Part shown: positions 36,657-41,372 of the stretch, piece after piece
Layout of the letters: each line of letters starts with the position of its first letter
Numbering within the stretch: position 1 is the stretch's first letter
DNA from: Catajapyx aquilonaris
Lineage: Eukaryota
NCBI GenBank assembly: GCA_000934665.2
Contig: JYFJ02000875.1
Span: forward strand, 62,001 to 103,372
Length of the DNA stretch: 41,372 nt
Direction: 5' to 3'
Position numbers and translations under genes: made by a program
Notes under the pieces: generated by a model
Database searches by the model: none
What the model was told of the DNA's origin: nothing
Seen by the model: only the letters and a program-made list of their open reading frames with translations

Positions 36657-39491
36657 CAGATCCTATTAGTTTATCTCGCGTAGTCTGAAATGAATGCACC
36701 TGCAGGGTCAAAATAAATGGAATTTTAAAAGCCCTTCATCACTAGAAAAGCACAGCTTAAGTTATTTCACTTGTAACAAATTCCTACTTACTGAAGCTCT
36801 GCTGAAGCTAGGTCAATTAGGTATAAGTCTTCATTTTCACATAAGTGAAACAATCGCAGCAGTGCAACTTGAGGATATTTTATAAATCGACAGAAACTGT
36901 ACAATGCGTTATTCATATTTCCGCCTTAATGGTTGTAATCATTTGGAAAATTCAGAAACGTAATAGCCTACAGGTGGCAGCTTGCAATTTACTTCCCGCC
37001 AAAAATTATTCAAAATATCAAGTTAGTTTTCCTCACAGATGTCCCCCCAAATGTATGCTATTGAACAGAGAAAATTGTGGGGTTTACCAATATCTTAAGG
37101 GATACTCCACTCAAAATACAAGTTGGTCTCTAAAAATCGTCCCAAAAATAAGATTTCCGACGGTGCAGTCTGTTTTTCTCTCACCAGAACGGTAACCCCA
37201 GGGCGAGAGGTCAGATTCGTAAAATAATAGTCTCCAGCTCAGCGAGTGGCGACGCCTGGTGGTAACAAAACCCCTTCTGATGGCCAGACGGCGAACCAAA
37301 TCGTTGCAAATCGGCAATGTTTAATTGGAGCCAATTGGAGCGCGTGTTTACAGTCGGCCATCATGGATTTAGGGCGTTTTCAATCAGAAAGGAACCAAAA
37401 ACGACTCAAAACGACTAATTATAATTATTATAATGAGTCGTTTTCAGATATGTAGGCTATAAGTGCAAGAGATGGCATCGGGGCAGACCTACAGAAAAGT
37501 CATTGGGAAAAGTCCATGGGGGCTAGCTCGAGACTAGACCAGTTTAGAGTTAAACCATATAGGGTAGGCCTACCGGTTAGGGCGGGAAGGTGGGGGAAGG
37601 CGTCATGGCAACGCAACGGGACAAGGGATTGTTTGAGAGGGAGCAACAACTGCCTTCTATTGTTGTGCAAACAATAGGTAGGCTAGGTTCGAGAACTAGC
37701 TGCAGAGCCATCTGGTTCACCGTATTTTCGCTACTGCGCCCCCTTATCAAAAAATGATGACTGGTCAATGGTCATGTTCTTTTCACGTGTATAACTTATT
37801 CACCTTTATTTCAGTGATCCAAAATACTTCTCTGACTAATATGGCCACTTCTTGTCACTCATCTGCTATATTTAAGCAGTTACATTTGCTTAGTTACTTT
37901 TACTGGTTATCAAAAGTATTAGCTGCTAATATGAGGTTACATATATCCATCCATTTAGAGCCTGTTACGGGGTCTGCGCTGCATAATTTGGGTCCTATTA
38001 TTGACGTGAGAAGCCAATATTGTTCCAAAGGGCAATTCCTAATCGAAAATACTCGTACGTTGCATTTCAGATTAGATGCTAATACTTTGAAGACCATTAA
38101 AAGTTACCATGCAAAATTAACCGCTAAAATAAGCAGCTCAGTGCCAAAACTAGCCATGGCAATCGTACAAGTATTTGGATCACCCTGTATAAGCTGTCCT
38201 CATTATTAACACCTCATTTTGTGGCTTGATTCACCTGTCAGTGTTCACGTCAGATACATTAGAGCTTTACTTTCAGGGTAATTTTATATCACGAATCTCA
38301 TCATACCAGACATTTGGAGCCATTTTTTCTGGTGCTTTTAGTTCTAGTCCATCTAGCCCATTTCCTGCAAAGGAATTGAATTCTATTGATGAAATGAGGA
38401 CACCTCGCGACTATTTCATCTCTTTCGGTCTGACTTTTCGATCCACATCTCCGCCACCTTCACCATCACGTCTAACTCATAAATAAAGATGGAAGTGGAT
38501 TAGTGGGCAGTAGTGTTACGAATCTGCCGGAGGAAAGTCTTGTGTGTAGGTCGGGGAGAGGTCTACGTGCTCACACTTTGGCACGTGAGTGGACCAACAT
38601 CCAATTCATCAAAGTCGGTCTTTTCTCTCCCCCCATCAGCCTCCCCTTGACCCCCCACCCATCCTTTCTTTTTTGAGAGAGGGGGGCCCGCTTTCTCTAG
38701 AAGGCTTCCAGCGTGGTGGGGAAGCATTAATGGAAATCGTGAACCGCCCGTTTCGGTGGAGAACTTTACTTTGAAATTGCTGTTCCGTGCCTACCCGGAG
38801 TTTCCAAACTGCTGGATTGCGCCACACGTCTCGTTGAGAAACCCCCTGCCGAACACACACATGCACACACACACACACGTACCAGCCTCCTCGTTTTTTT
38901 CGAGTCGTTTGCCGTGATGATCTGTACGACAATATGTGGCAAGTTGAGAGGCAAGCGTTTTTTGGGTACGTTCAGGCCACTCGTTTAAAGGCTACCGAGA
39001 GCATAGGGCCCTTTTTTGCCTGACATCTCCTGCCTCTTAGCGATTAAAAAATATTGGCATGGTAAATTGAGCGTGACACTTCTCTAGCACGTTTAATTAG
39101 TGCTTAGTACGCAATTCAGGCGTGATTATTAATCGATTTGCGAAACTGAAAACTGGGGAACACAATATTATTTCCCTTACGGGCTTACAGCTTCTAAGAC
39201 TAAAAAGAGTTTGTATTCTACCGATTTTTAGTCCTTTTAAGCAGTACTTTAGATAATTAATTCTTAGCAGCCATAAGAACATTCAGAAATATTAGATGCT
39301 AATAGTAGACCTAATTGAATCAGACAAGGCCTGCATGGAAATGAATTTCCTATTGGGAATGGCCCATTGGAACAATAAATTATTATTGGAATCAAACGTC
39401 TATGAAAGAACCCATTTCTTGCTGGCTTATATCATTTGTAGATGTTACAAAAGATGGGCCCACGCAACCGAATACTAGCACTTGGCATATA

Positions 39492-39745
39492 CCCTGTAAT
39501 GCCCCTTGGGTCATATCTGGCACACCCAGGGATGGAAAAAGAACCGCTTCTTTGGGAGGAAGCGGTTCTTTTTCCATCCCTGCACATGGAAAAAAGAAGC
39601 GCTTCTTGGAAGGAAGCGGTTCTTTTTCCATCCCTGGGCACACCATTTAGTGCAATTTGGCACTTACAGGAAATATAAAAATTGCAAAAATTGCAAAAAT
39701 TGCACTAAATGGTGTGCCAGATATGACCCAGTGGGCATTACAGGG
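39492..39745. mobile_element. piggyBac-like palindromic MITE interrupted by a nested insertion
   Basis: TIRs are CCCTGTAATGCCCCTTGGGTCATATCTGGCACACC[insert]ATTTAGTGCAATTT / AAATTGCACTAAATGGTGTGCCAGATATGACCCAGTGGGCATTACAGGG, with CCC/GGG termini. The flanks TATA / TTAC are only TTAA-like, so the superfamily call is tentative. Confidence 0.8.
39527..39636. mobile_element. hAT-like micro-MITE (110 bp, two tandem hairpin units)
   Basis: Perfect 8-bp TSD GGCACACC (39519-39526 and 39637-39644). Termini CAGGGATGGAAAAAGAACCGCTTC / GAAGCGGTTCTTTTTCCATCCCTG match at 24/24. Confidence 0.92.
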
Positions 39746-40084
39746 TTACCTGTTAAAGTAAACAAGCCGAGTTGAAATATCGATTATAAATATGAACACC
39801 TGTCTTGAAACATGATGTATTCCATTTATCCAAAGGGGAAGGTGATTTGCTGCCTGGTAGTCAAAGACGCGGTAGATGGATGGTAGTTGTGGTAAGTGGT
39901 GATGGTCTAATTTTTATATATATTATGAAAGGAAATAACATCGCAACATGTGAAGGAAATGGCCACCATTTGCATCCAGGCAGGCCTGACATCGACCCTC
40001 CATATTTTGGAAGATCTGGCCGGCACGTCATAAAATAAGGCACGGCGTGAATTTCTTGGAGGAAATTTTCTTTCATGGCATCGA

Positions 40085-40612
40085 TGGATCATGGTTTGTT
40101 TCGGTACACAATGCCACACATCACACGTTGGCATGGCCAAATTCAGTCCTTTTTCGGCGACCGAATCATTTTCAAGTGACTTTGGCAAGGGGGTAATCAC
40201 TTCGGTACTCCGGTGTACACCTGCTAGTGGTACTCCCAGGTACTCCTTAGGTACTTTACTCTTTGGTACTCCTTGGTACTCCTTGAATTTTGGTACTCCT
40301 TGGTACTCCTTGAATTTTGGTACTCCAGTGTACACTTTTCAGTCCAGTGGTTACCCCCTTGGACTTTGGCCACCACTGTGGTCCGATCTTATACCCCGCC
40401 GGATTACTTTTTATGGGGATATCTGAAAGGGCGAGTGTACCGAAACAGACCACGATCCATATATAGACGCCATAAAAAAACAATACCACATGATCCAAAA
40501 AATTCAGGCAGTGCCTCAGGACAAGCTGGCCATGAGCTTCCAAAATATGGAGCGTCGTGTTCAGGCCTGCCTGGGCGCAAATAGTGGCCATTTTCAGCAC
40601 GTGTTGCAATGC
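40085..40612 (+). pseudogene. Decayed Tc1/mariner-superfamily DDD transposase, C-terminal fragment
   Basis: After removing the 40186-40361 insertion and one TSD copy, and allowing frameshifts, it reads WF..GTQCHTSHVGMAK/IQSFFGDRIIFK*LWPPLWSDLIP/PDYFLWGYLKGRVYRNRPRSI.../IQAVPQDKLAMSFQNMERRVQACLGANSGHFQHVL. This matches the WFQQDGA-H...WPPRSPDLTPxDFFLWGYLK...R...C...GGHF signature. It contains a stop and several frameshifts. Confidence 0.92.
40186..40361. mobile_element. P-element-like (or hAT) MITE, copy 1 (176 bp)
   Basis: 16-bp TIRs CAAGGGGGTAATCACT / AGTGGTTACCCCCTTG (15/16) and a perfect 8-bp TSD GACTTTGG (40178-40185 and 40362-40369). The interior is built from GGTACTCC repeats. A CANRG terminus with an 8-bp TSD fits the P superfamily. 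Confidence 0.93.
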
Positions 40613-40749
40613 CATTTCCTTTCTCACATAATGGAGTTAGTTCAGTTCAGATTTCACTGGGATATCTTCATTCGTGTTAATGTACTGTATTTTCAGTCGT
40701 AATTGTACCGGAGAGGTGTTTTGGCCTACAAGTGCGACAGTGGCCCCTG

Positions 40750-40897
40750 CAAGGGGGTAACCACTTCGGTACTCCGGTGTACACCAGCGAGTGGTACTCC
40801 CAGGTACTCCTCAGGTACCTCACTCTTTATTACTCCTTGGTACTCCTTGAATTTGGTACTTCAGTGTACACTTTCCAGTCGAGTGATTACCCCCTTG
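40750..40897. mobile_element. P-element-like (or hAT) MITE, copy 2 (148 bp)
   Basis: TIRs CAAGGGGGTAACCACT / AGTGATTACCCCCTTG and a perfect 8-bp TSD GGCCCCTG (40742-40749 and 40898-40905). Same family and orientation as copy 1. Confidence 0.93.
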
Positions 40898-41285
40898 GGC
40901 CCCTGACCTGTGAGATCAACAATTTTATTTATTATTGACCGCTCAGACCGGCTGCTGATGGTGGCGACAATATGACCGAACAACATTGTCAGCCAGCATA
41001 TTTTGACGGTTTGCCTTCTGTAGAAACCGCCAAGATGTTGACGTCTGAGTTATGGCCAGCCTTACAACCGTTGCTTTGTAAGTAAGCGTCATTAAGTGCT
41101 TCACACGGAAAGCCAAACTACGATTTCCTATAGAACGATTCAGAGCGTCATCAACATCCCAGATTGAAAACAAAAGTATCGCAATATTGCACATAATACA
41201 AAAGAGGCCCCACATTTGCCTTAGAGGTAGGCTACCCTATTATTCAGGTTGGTCAATTGACACAATAAAAATCTTACCGGTGGTA

Positions 41286-41372
41286 GGGGAGACTGGGGCA
41301 CAGTGGACCACGGGGCACAGTGGACCTTTCCATTTTAAAAATCGAAAAAGCCGCCAAATTTTCTTCATCTGG
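41286..41372. mobile_element. Probable left end of a pogo/Fot1-like Tc1/mariner element running off the window
   Basis: TA|GGGGAGACTGGGGCAC terminus with a 15-bp subterminal direct repeat GGGGCACAGTGGACC (41295-41309 and 41312-41326). The other end is not in the window. Confidence 0.5.

Noticed and set aside
37095..37445. Solo transposon-like ends (TTAAGGGATACTCCAC, Kolobok-like; TTAGGGCGTTTTCAATC, Harbinger-like)
   Set aside because: No matching opposite TIR or TSD was found, so boundaries cannot be supported.
40200..40330. GGTACTCC repeat cluster as a CRISPR array, or the GVPKFKEYQ repeat protein
   Set aside because: The repeats are 8-27 bp with no unique 30-40-bp spacers, lie inside a TIR/TSD-bounded MITE, and there are no cas genes.

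Overview
This is eukaryotic (invertebrate animal, arthropod-like) genomic DNA that is almost entirely non-coding. No operon, rRNA, intact tRNA, CRISPR array or convincing long ORF is present, and nearly all ORFs in the supplied track look like chance frames. The one well-supported gene signal is a minus-strand first coding exon at 13236-13176. It has a strong ACCATGG start, encodes the signal-peptide-like MGELRVSAAVTLISIVVLVS, and ends at a phase-1 G|GTAAGT donor, behind a GC-rich leader and promoter at about 13.2-13.75 kb. I could not identify the next exon, so 1-13175 is probably a large first intron and everything above about 13.8 kb is upstream or intergenic. The rest of the window holds many small non-autonomous elements defined by TIRs and TSDs visible in the sequence: Tc1/mariner-, PIF/Harbinger-, hAT-, piggyBac- and P-like MITEs, a full-length tRNA-Arg-like SINE with a 13-bp TSD, and a decayed mariner-type transposase. 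The most notable structures are nested insertions: a 110-bp hAT-like hairpin dimer inside the TIR of a piggyBac-like MITE, and twin P-like MITEs in and next to the mariner relic. Also notable are a head-to-tail Harbinger MITE dimer, a 365-bp foldback element, and a possible second in-phase splice donor that would give a signal-less N-terminus. I do not see evidence for a new multi-gene biological system. Superfamily labels are inferred from terminal motifs and TSD length, not from database searches.
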